IMG/VR virus record: IMGVR_UViG_2563366799_000005
Reading direction: 5' to 3' (one strand)
Length of the DNA: 9,993 nt
Origin: a virus
Lineage: Duplodnaviria; Heunggongvirae; Uroviricota; Caudoviricetes
Positions 1 through 6,919 of the stretch are shown piece after piece. Numbering within the stretch: position 1 is the stretch's first letter; each line of letters opens with the position of its first letter. The notes under the pieces are model-generated. The model was not told where the DNA came from, searched no databases, and saw only the letters and a list, made by a program, of their open reading frames with translations. A program made the position numbers and the translations under genes.

Positions 1-1053
1 TTACGGGGTAATGCCAACCGCTGCCGCCACTTTGTCGCCACTTGGCAGCGTTGCCAGAGGATTGAAACGGAGCGCCGTTTCCAGATGATCCGGTGCCAGA
101 TGAGCGTAACGCATAGTCATTTTTATATCGTGATGTCCGAGGATTTTTTGCAAAGCAAGGATATTTCCACCCGACATCATGAAATGCGCCGCAAACGTAT
201 GGCGCAGAACGTGTGTCAGTTGACCGCGAGGGAGCACGATTGACGTTTTTTCCATCACGGATAAAAATTGAAAATAGCAGTCTGTGAAGAAATTGAACCC
301 ATCAAGCGCCATGATCTCTTCATAAAGCTCTTTACTGATAGGGATGCTTCTGTTTTTCTTCCCCTTCGTTCTTACAAAGGTAATTCGGTATTTAGTCACC
401 TGTGATCGGGTAAGGTTTATTGCTTCTCGCCAGCGTGCGCCTGTGCTTAAGCATATCTTGACTACCAGTGCCAGAATTGGGTCCTGACGTTTGCAATCAG
501 CCAGCAGTTCAACAATCTGCTCATGGGTAAGCCATGCCATCTCTTTTTCTGCGATGGTGAATTTTCGCATGTTCTCCAGTGGGTTTGGATACGACCATTC
601 GCCCAGGCGGGATAGTTCGCTAAAAACACTACTTAGATAGCTTTGCTCCAGGTTAATGGTGACCGGGCTTGCTCCTTTCTTCCATTTCTCGCTGAAGTAG
701 ATCTCACCTGTCAGGCGTTTATCTCGATAGTGGGCAAACATTTTAGAGGTGAGATCGGTTGCAAGGGGATTGCCCAGAGCGTCAACCATCAACAGCAATT
801 TATCATAGACATGCTGCCCAGCGGTTAGAGATTTACCATGTAGTTTGAACCATAGCTCAACCACGTCTTTCAGTGTTCGACGATCCACTGATTCTCCCAG
901 CCAGGGCTTTGCTTCGGTTTCTTCCATCGTATGGCGCTCAAAAGCCAGAGCTTCGCCTTTGGTGGCGAATTGTTTACGCACACGACGCCCACTACGTCCG
1001 GCGGGGTAACATTCGCAAAGCCATTTTCCTGTGGTGAGTTTTCGTACTGCCAT
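1..1053 (-). CDS. int: Tyrosine integrase, P2/186 family (350 aa from ATG at 1053; stop at 1-3)
   Basis: N-terminus MAVRKLTTGKW...GRRVRKQFATKGEALAFE resembles P2 Int. Catalytic signature present: TGARWREA, HVLRHTFA, GHHDIKMTMRYAHL (R...H-x-x-R...Y). GGAGGG RBS 8 nt upstream of ATG 1053. The longer ORF to 1131 has no better start. Confidence 0.9.
   Translation of the reverse strand: MAVRKLTTGKWLCECYPAGRSGRRVRKQFATKGEALAFERHTMEETEAKPWLGESVDRRTLKDVVELWFKLHGKSLTAGQHVYDKLLLMVDALGNPLATDLTSKMFAHYRDKRLTGEIYFSEKWKKGASPVTINLEQSYLSSVFSELSRLGEWSYPNPLENMRKFTIAEKEMAWLTHEQIVELLADCKRQDPILALVVKICLSTGARWREAINLTRSQVTKYRITFVRTKGKKNRSIPISKELYEEIMALDGFNFFTDCYFQFLSVMEKTSIVLPRGQLTHVLRHTFAAHFMMSGGNILALQKILGHHDIKMTMRYAHLAPDHLETALRFNPLATLPSGDKVAAAVGITP
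19..40. repeat. Candidate attL core (left copy of the 22-bp direct repeat), inside the 3' end of int
   Basis: cgctgccgccactttgtcgcca at 19-40 matches 7139-7160 at 21/22 positions (single mismatch at position 30 vs 7150). Identity is lost immediately outside on both sides. Confidence 0.6.
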
Positions 1054-1239
1054 AAAAAATGCCCTCCAATAGAGAGCATTTTTACTGTATATATAACCAG
1101 TGTCAATGTATGAAATCCTGCGACCATACATCTCACTGAAGCCATAATGAAGTTGGCTATTTTTTGCTATGTGAGTATGTGACTTTTGCGGTTAGCCTGC
1201 GGCTCATTGTTATATTAGGCGCAGATATAAAAGCAAAAT

Positions 1240-1431
1240 TTATCGCGAGTTTTTAGTACAGATTTTTTTTGATTTACTAATAGTTCCATCATTGCAAACG
1301 AACTTTCCATCGGAGGTACAGTGAGAGACACCTCCCTTTTTCCCAGAACAAGGATAATTTTTAGCATAGGTAGTTAGTGGGTTTAATAACAAAGAGCATG
1401 ATAAAACCACAAAAAATACCTTACCAAGCAT
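1240..1431 (-). CDS. Hypothetical small secreted cysteine-rich, lysine-rich peptide (63 aa precursor); moron between cI and int
   Basis: Strong SD (GGGAGG) 5 nt upstream of the ATG and only 4 nt after the cI stop. N-terminus looks like a Sec signal peptide (MLGK + [12 protein letters not shown] + NPLTTYA, likely cleavage after TYA). Predicted mature part about 39 aa with 4 Cys, 8 Lys, net charge about +7. Locally very AT-rich. No family recognised. Confidence 0.5.
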   Translation of the reverse strand: MLGKVFFVVLSCSLLLNPLTTYAKNYPCSGKKGGVSHCTSDGKFVCNDGTISKSKKICTKNSR

Positions 1432-1446
1432 AGTTTCCTCCCGGTA

Positions 1447-2016
1447 TTACCTAACGTACTTAATTGTTAAACTTATAATTTTCCCAATTATTTCAACATC
1501 TTCTATCTTGCACTCGAAGGCTCTGTTTCCACCTTCAACGAAGATTCTTCCACCGGGTAAACGAGTAATGTCGCGGATTGTTATTTCGCCATCAATACTT
1601 ATTACCCATTTACCGTCACGTATATCATCAAATTCTTTATCACAAATAAATTCAGAATTGTTATCTGTGATGACAAAAGGTTTTTTAAACGTAGAGGGTA
1701 GAAATCCCTTATCAAAAATATAAAAACCGTCTTCACGCAAGGCACCATCAGATAATACATATTTAGCAACTTCCATAGTATTTGTATTACCTGAAGTTTG
1801 CTTTGAACCATGTCCGGTTGTGAGCCAATTAAGCGAGGTGCCCGTTTCAAGGGCGCACTGGATTACCCATTCTGCTGGGAATGAGTCACGCATGTAGCGT
1901 GTGGCGAGTGTACTTTTAGAGATTCCTAAATGATCGCACAACGCCTGTCGAGTTTTGAATCCATAAGCTTCTACCATGCGCTCTATAGCGCCTCGTCCGC
2001 CTTTCTCCAAATTCAT
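1447..2016 (-). CDS. cI: Phage 186 CI-type immunity repressor (189 aa from ATG at 2016; GTG at 2022 is an alternative)
   Basis: N-terminal HTH (TRQALCDHLGISKSTLATRYMRDS) plus a C-terminal domain. Size of about 190 aa matches 186 CI, not the roughly 99-aa P2 C. Divergent from apl/cII across a short switch region. GGAG RBS 6 nt before the ATG. Confidence 0.85.
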   Translation of the reverse strand: MNLEKGGRGAIERMVEAYGFKTRQALCDHLGISKSTLATRYMRDSFPAEWVIQCALETGTSLNWLTTGHGSKQTSGNTNTMEVAKYVLSDGALREDGFYIFDKGFLPSTFKKPFVITDNNSEFICDKEFDDIRDGKWVISIDGEITIRDITRLPGGRIFVEGGNRAFECKIEDVEIIGKIISLTIKYVR

Positions 2017-2022
2017 GGTCAC

Positions 2023-2141
2023 TCCAAGTGAACTTTTATCTTGACGATTTCACTGTACGATCGTATGTTTATGGTGTTCACAAAATACAAACGATCCGTA
2101 TTCGTCCTGATTAATCATCATTAAACGAGGAATGTTGCATC
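2023..2141. promoter_or_regulatory. Lysis/lysogeny switch region between cI and apl, with candidate rightward lytic promoter and palindromic operator
   Basis: Candidate sigma70 promoter on + strand: TTGACG (2041-2046), 17-bp spacer, TATGTT (2064-2069). Perfect 10-bp palindrome TACGATCGTA (2056-2065) overlaps the spacer and -10. Related repeat ACGATCCGTAT at 2091-2101. Inverted hexamers GTGAAC (2028-2033) and GTTCAC (2075-2080). The leftward lysogenic promoter could not be placed confidently. Confidence 0.5.
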
Positions 2142-2363
2142 ATGAGACCTAACATTTCAATCACTCTTACCACGCCTCATGTGACTATTGAACGCTATAG
2201 CGAGCTGACAGGGCTGTCCATCGATACCATCAATGACATGTTGGCTGACGGACGCCTTATCCGTCACCGTCTGCGCAAAGATAAAAAACGTGAAAAAGTG
2301 ATGATCAACATAGCAGCCATGACCGTTGATGCGCTTTCAGAATGCAATCTAAACCTTAATTAG
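2142..2363 (+). CDS. apl: Apl/Cox-like small HTH protein (excisionase / switch regulator), 73 aa
   Basis: First gene of the rightward early operon, directly downstream of the switch. HTH-like segment [26 protein letters not shown]. Assignment rests on position and size as for 186 apl / P2 cox. GAGG RBS upstream. Confidence 0.6.
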   Translation: MRPNISITLTTPHVTIERYSELTGLSIDTINDMLADGRLIRHRLRKDKKREKVMINIAAMTVDALSECNLNLN

Positions 2364-2395
2364 TTCGATTCTGAAATACATCAGAGGCATTGACC

Positions 2396-2905
2396 ATGTT
2401 TGATTACCAAGTTTCCAAACATCCACATTTTGATGAAGCCTGTCGTGCATTCGCATTGCGCCACAACCTAGTGCAACTGGCAGAACGTGCAGGCATGAAT
2501 GTGCAGATTCTGCGGAACAAGCTGAACCCAGCTCAACCTCATTTATTAACCGCACCAGAAATCTGGTTGCTTACCGATCTGACTGAAGATTCAACGCTGG
2601 TAGATGGCTTTCTGGCACAGATTCACTGCCTGCCATGTGTACCGATTAATGAGGTGGCAAAAGAGAAACTGCCGCATTACGTCATGAGTGCAACTGCAGA
2701 GATAGGGCGTGTCGCGGCAGGTGCGGTTTCTGGCGATGTAAAAACCAGTGCAGGCCGTCGTGATGCGATCAGCAGCATTAACTCTGTTACACGACTGATG
2801 GCGCTGGCTGCTGTTTCATTGCAGGCCCGTTTACAGGCTAATCCTGCGATGGCGAGTGCAGTTGATACCGTGACTGGCCTCGGTGCTTCATTCGGTTTGC
2901 TGTGA
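2396..2905 (+). CDS. cII: Phage 186 CII-type regulatory protein (169 aa from ATG 2396; ORF track starts at TTG 2390)
   Basis: Position immediately after apl. Length of 169 aa equals the size I remember for 186 CII. HTH-like segment [27 protein letters not shown] 8 nt before ATG 2396. Confidence 0.8.
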   Translation: MFDYQVSKHPHFDEACRAFALRHNLVQLAERAGMNVQILRNKLNPAQPHLLTAPEIWLLTDLTEDSTLVDGFLAQIHCLPCVPINEVAKEKLPHYVMSATAEIGRVAAGAVSGDVKTSAGRRDAISSINSVTRLMALAAVSLQARLQANPAMASAVDTVTGLGASFGLL

Positions 2906-2912
2906 GGTGCTT

Positions 2913-3113
2913 ATGCTGACGAAAGAACCATCATTTGCATCGCTGCTAGTAAAACAAAGTCCGGCAATGCACTACGGTCACGGCTGGATCATGGGTGAGG
3001 ATGGTAAACGCTGGCATCCGTGCCGTTCACAAGATGAATTGCTGGCAGAACTATCTACGAAAAAACGGGGTAACAAATGGCTATTGAAGGCGCTGCGGCG
3101 ACTGTTCCATTAA
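2913..3113 (+). CDS. Hypothetical early protein (66 aa), in the position of 186 fil
   Basis: ATG at 2913 with GAGGTG RBS, starting 8 nt after the cII stop. ORF track gives an upstream GTG at 2883 that would overlap cII. No recognisable motif; the 186 fil analogy is by synteny only. Confidence 0.45.
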   Translation: MLTKEPSFASLLVKQSPAMHYGHGWIMGEDGKRWHPCRSQDELLAELSTKKRGNKWLLKALRRLFH

Positions 3114-3418
3114 GACCCGGTGAACGCCTGAATGGACTTAATCATATTGCGGAGTTAAGGGCGAAAGTTTTTGGTTTGAATATTGAGTCAGAGCTTGAGC
3201 GGTTTATTAAAGATATGCGTGATCCTCGGGATATCAATAATGAACAAAATAAACGGGCACTGGCTGCCATATTCTTTATGGCAAAAATTCCAGCTGAACG
3301 TCATAGCATCAGCATTAATGAGCTGACCACTGACGAAAAGCGGGAGTTGATTAAAGCAATGAATCATTTTCGTGCAGTGGTGAGCTTATTTCCCAGACGG
3401 CTAACCATGCCGAATTAA
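3077..3418 (+). CDS. Hypothetical early protein (113 aa), in the position of 186 dhr
   Basis: ATG at 3077 with GGGG RBS; overlaps the preceding ORF by 37 nt in another frame. No recognisable motif; the dhr analogy is by synteny only. Confidence 0.45.
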   Translation: MAIEGAAATVPLRPGERLNGLNHIAELRAKVFGLNIESELERFIKDMRDPRDINNEQNKRALAAIFFMAKIPAERHSISINELTTDEKRELIKAMNHFRAVVSLFPRRLTMPN

Positions 3419-3485
3419 CCAACTAATGAAATTAATGGCGTAAACCCGCCGGGCATCCCTTTATCTAAATTCAGGAGAATTGCTT

Positions 3486-3719
3486 ATGCGTAATATTGAA
3501 ACCCTCACGACCAAAACCGGACCGGATGATGCAGGTCTTAATCTTTTACTGACAGAGGCTCGTCTGGAAGAACGCCGGGCAAGGGCTGAAGCAATGGCTG
3601 CTCGCCTCGATAGCCTGGCGTGTCATATCACCTCCCGCCAGCTAAACCACGTCGAAGCGGCAGAACTGCTGCGTGTGACTGCTGAAGCAATCCAGAACGA
3701 AGCGCAGGAGATCCACTGA
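3486..3719 (+). CDS. Hypothetical early protein (77 aa), predicted helical; last gene before the rearrangement junction
   Basis: ATG 3486 with AGGAG RBS 9 nt upstream (ORF track starts at TTG 3480). Stop at 3717-3719 lies about 25 bp from where capsid homology begins on the opposite strand, so the 3' end may be junction-derived. Confidence 0.4.
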   Translation: MRNIETLTTKTGPDDAGLNLLLTEARLEERRARAEAMAARLDSLACHITSRQLNHVEAAELLRVTAEAIQNEAQEIH

Positions 3720-3741
3720 TGGCTGATGCAATGGATCTCGT

Positions 3742-4098
3742 ACACAGGTCCAGCTTCGCGTAGGTCAGCACCGTGTCAAAGTTGGTCTGCTCACATTTAT
3801 ATTCCACATCGACCATCAGCGTCGGATCGACAGGCTCACGCTCTTTTGCGGTGGTATCAGTGGTTCCGGCAATGGTGCTGCCAACACCCAGCCCCAGCAA
3901 CTGACCGGACTGCTCAGTCACTGGCGTGACGTTAATCAGCGTCAGGAATGCGGCGGATTGCTGGATCTGGTCTTCCAGCGTCTGCTGCACAGACGGCTCC
4001 ACGGTGAACTTGCTGGACAGTTCTTCAACTGCCACACCGTTCAGACGCGCCAGCTGCTGCAGGTAAGCGTTAAAAGCAAAGCGGGTATTCTTCTTCAT
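3742..4098 (-). pseudogene. 5' fragment of P2-family major capsid protein gene (gpN-like, first about 119 codons), inverted relative to expected orientation
   Basis: Translation MKKNTRFAFNAYL...LNG...KFTVEPSVQQTL...FLTLINVTPV...GSTIAGTTDTT...EYKCEQTNFD...YAKLDL follows the N-terminus of P2 gpN as I recall it (MRQETRFKFNAYL...KFTVEPSVTQTL...GSIASTTDT...YECDQINFD...YKTLDL). Similarity stops near nt 3742; the ORF then runs on as antisense of the upstream gene to 3628. GGAG RBS upstream of ATG 4098. Confidence 0.75.
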
Positions 4099-4199
4099 CG
4101 GGTTTTGTGCTCCATCAGCAATTGGTCAGAGTGTCAGCGGGGGCGTTACCGCCTGTTGCACGCTGGCGGTAGTCCTGGCGGCTGTCTTCATGACTCAGC

Positions 4200-6689
4200 T
4201 TGTCCACCAGTTCGTTAAAGGCGGTTTACTGCTGGGCACGCGCCATGCTCAACGAACGATACCAGGACTATGACGCCACGGCATCCGGTGTGAAGCGAGG
4301 CGAGGAACTGGCAGAAGCCAGCGGTGATTTGTGGCGTGACGCCCGCTGGGCCATCAGCCGGGTACAGGAACTTCAGCAGACCTATAACGGCTTGTTGGGG
4401 GCGGTCCAGAGACAACGTCAGGCACTTAAAGAATCAGGGATTGATACCAGACAACTCAGTAGTGCCCAGCGAGAACTTAAGAAAAATGCCGAAGAAACTC
4501 GTCAGGCACTGGAGGGCCAGCAAAAAGCACTTAAACGTCTGGGTGAACAACAGGCACGGATGAACGCTGCCAGAGAACAATACTCAAGACGGCTTGAAGT
4601 GCGCGATCGCATCGCAGGAGCCGGAGCCACCACCACGGCTGCAGGGCTGGCAATGGGCGCGCCAGTGATGGCGGCGGTAAAAAGCTATACCAGCATGGAA
4701 GATGCCATGAAAGGTGTGGCAAAGCAGGTCAATGGTCTGCGTGACGATAATGGCAACCGCACTGCGCGTTTTTACGAAATGCAGGATGCCATCAAAGCTG
4801 CCAGTGAACAGCTGCCAATGGAAAACGGTGCTGTGGACTTCGCCGCACTGGTTGAAGGTGGTGCGCGCATGAATGTGGCAAACCCTGACGACAGCTGGGA
4901 GGACCAGAAACGTGACCTGCTGGCCTTCGCCAGTACGGCAGCAAAGGCGGCAACAGCCTTTGAGCTGCCAGCGGATGAACTGTCAGAAAGTCTGGGGAAA
5001 ATCGCCCAGCTCTACAAAATACCAACCCGCAATATTGAACAGCTCGGTGATGCGCTGAACTATCTGGATGATAACGCTATGTCGAAAGGGGCAGACATCA
5101 TTGATGTCATGCAACGCCTGGGCGGTGTGGCTGATCGTCTGGATTATCGTAAAGCGGCGGCGCTGGGTTCCACCTTCCTGACACTGGGTGCTGCGCCGGA
5201 GGTCGCTGCCAGTGCTGCCAACGCGATGGTGCGTGAATTGTCCATTGCGACCATGCAAAGCAAGAGTTTCTTTGAAGGAATGAATCTGCTGAAACTCAAT
5301 CCTGAAGTGATTGAAAAGCAGATGACGAAGGATGCGATGGGAACTATCCAGCGCGTACTGGAGAAGGTGAATGCACTGCCGCAGGATAAGCGCCTGTCTG
5401 CCATGACCATGTTGTTTGGTAAAGAGTTTGGCGATGATGCGGCGAAACTGGCAAACAACCTGCCGGAACTGCAGCGCCAGCTAAAACTGACAGCGGGCAA
5501 TGATGCGCTCGGTTCGATGCAGAAAGAATCCGACATTAACAAGGACTCACTTTCTGCGCAGTGGTTGCTGGTCAAAACCGGAGCGCAGAACACCTTCAGC
5601 AGCCTGGGCGAAACGCTGCGCCAGCCGCTGATGGATATTCTGTACACGGTGAAAAGCATCACGGGGGCGTTGCGTTGCTGGGTGGAAGCTAACCCTGAAC
5701 TGACGGGCACACTGATGAAAGTAGCAGCGGTTGTGGCTGCTGTTACTGTGGGCCTCGGCACCCTGGCTGTGGTGTTGGCTGCTGTGCTGGGGCCGCTGGC
5801 AGTCATCCGTCTGGGATTCTCTGTGCTGGGTATCAAAACGTTACCTTCCGTTACGGCAGCAGTAACGCGAACCAGCAGCGCGTTGTCCTGGTTGGCTGGC
5901 GCACCACTTGCACTGCTGCGACGCGGGCTTGCTTCATCGGGCAACGCCGCAGGTTTACTTACTGCGCCGTTGTCGTCTTTGCGCCGCACGGCATCACTGA
6001 CGGGAAATGTCCTGAAAACTGTAGCAGGTGCGCCGGTTGCACTTTTGCGGTCTGGATTATCCGGTTTACGTGCTGTTGCTGTGATGTTTATGAATCCTCT
6101 GGCGGTACTGCGCGGTGGACTGGCCTCCGCAGGCACGGTGCTGCGAATACTGGCATCTGGTCCACTGGCGATGCTGCGCGTTGCCCTGTATGCCGTATCT
6201 GGTCTGTTAGGTGCTCTGCTCAGTCCGATAGGTCTTGTGGTTACTGCACTGGCGGGCGTGGCGCTGGTTGTCTGGAAATACTGGCAACCCATCACCGCAT
6301 TTCTTGGTGGCGTGGTGGAAGGATTCAAAGCGGCGGCAGGTCCCGTCAGTGCAGCATTCGAACCGCTTAAGCCAGTGTTCCAGTGGATTGGCGACAAAGT
6401 ACAGGCGCTGTGGGGCTGGTTTACTGATCTGCTGACGCCCGTTAAGTCGACCTCTGCCGAACTGCAGAGCGCAGCGGCAATGGGGCGACGATTCGGGGAG
6501 GCACTGGCGGAAGGGCTGAATATGGTCATGCATCCGCTGGACTCCCTGAAATCCGGCGTTTCCTGGTTGCTGGAGAAACTCGGCATTGTCAGTAAAGAGG
6601 CTGCAAAGGCGAAACTGCCGGAAAGAGTGACGCGTCAGCAAACCGTCGTCCGTCCACGCAGTTTCTGGGACCGGACAACGACATGCTGA
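4200..6689 (+). CDS. Phage tail tape measure protein (gpT-like); 829 aa from TTG 4200 or 814 aa from ATG 4245; both ends abut junctions
   Basis: Long alpha-helical, Gln/Ala/Leu-rich N-terminal half, hydrophobic Gly/Ala/Leu segment, and six degenerate repeats with 22-aa period (GAPLALLRRGL, TAPLSSLRRTA, GAPVALLRSGL, NPLAVLRGGL, SGPLAMLRVAL; nt about 5784-6186). In-frame stop at 4191-4193 leaves no room for more N-terminus and no good SD precedes either start. The last about 30 codons overlap the D-fragment frame. Confidence 0.85.
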   Translation: MSTSSLKAVYCWARAMLNERYQDYDATASGVKRGEELAEASGDLWRDARWAISRVQELQQTYNGLLGAVQRQRQALKESGIDTRQLSSAQRELKKNAEETRQALEGQQKALKRLGEQQARMNAAREQYSRRLEVRDRIAGAGATTTAAGLAMGAPVMAAVKSYTSMEDAMKGVAKQVNGLRDDNGNRTARFYEMQDAIKAASEQLPMENGAVDFAALVEGGARMNVANPDDSWEDQKRDLLAFASTAAKAATAFELPADELSESLGKIAQLYKIPTRNIEQLGDALNYLDDNAMSKGADIIDVMQRLGGVADRLDYRKAAALGSTFLTLGAAPEVAASAANAMVRELSIATMQSKSFFEGMNLLKLNPEVIEKQMTKDAMGTIQRVLEKVNALPQDKRLSAMTMLFGKEFGDDAAKLANNLPELQRQLKLTAGNDALGSMQKESDINKDSLSAQWLLVKTGAQNTFSSLGETLRQPLMDILYTVKSITGALRCWVEANPELTGTLMKVAAVVAAVTVGLGTLAVVLAAVLGPLAVIRLGFSVLGIKTLPSVTAAVTRTSSALSWLAGAPLALLRRGLASSGNAAGLLTAPLSSLRRTASLTGNVLKTVAGAPVALLRSGLSGLRAVAVMFMNPLAVLRGGLASAGTVLRILASGPLAMLRVALYAVSGLLGALLSPIGLVVTALAGVALVVWKYWQPITAFLGGVVEGFKAAAGPVSAAFEPLKPVFQWIGDKVQALWGWFTDLLTPVKSTSAELQSAAAMGRRFGEALAEGLNMVMHPLDSLKSGVSWLLEKLGIVSKEAAKAKLPERVTRQQTVVRPRSFWDRTTTC

Positions 6690-6829
6690 CGCTTTCCGGT
6701 GTTCTTATGCCGGAGATAGATGATGCGGAATGGACCATTACGACTCTGACACATACCGTCAGCTCGGATAACGGTTTTACGACCAGTCTGGAGCTTGAAG
6801 TGAGGATTGATGATTTCGAAATGGAATGA
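6596..6829 (+). pseudogene. Probable 3' remnant of tail gene D (or the U/D block), fused out of frame to the tape-measure 3' end
   Basis: Short ORF ending MLTLSGVLMPEIDDAEWTITTLTHTVSSDNGFTTSLELEVRIDDFEME, located exactly where D ends in P2/186 (immediately upstream of ogr). The assignment is mainly positional; I cannot recall the D C-terminus reliably. Confidence 0.4.
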
Positions 6830-6919
6830 TTCTTCGCAATGGAGAACTTTTAAGTTTGCAAAATGGAATAATGCGGTATCATTATTGTGAATTTAGCAAA
6901 AATGGGGAGAACTCGAAAA

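Noticed and set aside
643-1145. Three small ORFs (61, 91, 60 aa) overlapping int
   Set aside because: Embedded within or antisense to the integrase gene, whose frame is strongly supported by catalytic motifs.
1054-1239. AT-rich spacer between the moron and int, inspected for a terminator or hairpin
   Set aside because: Only direct repeats of TGCGG were found, with no convincing stem-loop plus U-tract. It is probably just the int leader, and the cI-moron-int unit is likely co-transcribed.
1508-1850. ORFs of 71 aa (plus) and 82 aa (minus) inside cI
   Set aside because: Alternative frames of the repressor gene; AT-rich sequence gives open frames by chance.
2349-2555. 68-aa minus-strand ORF
   Set aside because: Antisense to the apl-cII junction and the cII 5' end; no RBS.
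3628-3741. 3' extension of the capsid-fragment ORF, which the ORF track runs on to 3628
   Set aside because: Capsid similarity stops near 3742. The remaining codons are the antisense of the upstream early gene, created by the rearrangement junction.
3726-4218. + strand ORFs of 67 and 86 aa
   Set aside because: Antisense to the capsid fragment, Arg/Cys/His-rich junk composition, no RBS.
4215-4563. ORFs of 66 aa (minus) and 79 aa (plus, 4324-4563)
   Set aside because: Overlap the tape-measure N-terminal region in other frames; no supporting signals.
4792-5258. Two minus-strand ORFs (77 and 91 aa) and one + strand ORF (61 aa, 4873-5058)
   Set aside because: All embedded in or antisense to the tape-measure coding frame; no start-site signals.
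5144-6586. 480-aa ORF on the minus strand, Pro/Ser/Ala/Arg-rich
   Set aside because: Lies entirely antisense within the tape-measure gene. Long open frames on the opposite strand are expected in high-GC, codon-biased genes, and the low-complexity composition is typical of such shadow ORFs.
6207-6641. 144-aa minus-strand ORF
   Set aside because: Antisense to the tape-measure 3' region; Cys/Arg/His-rich composition without structure, no RBS.
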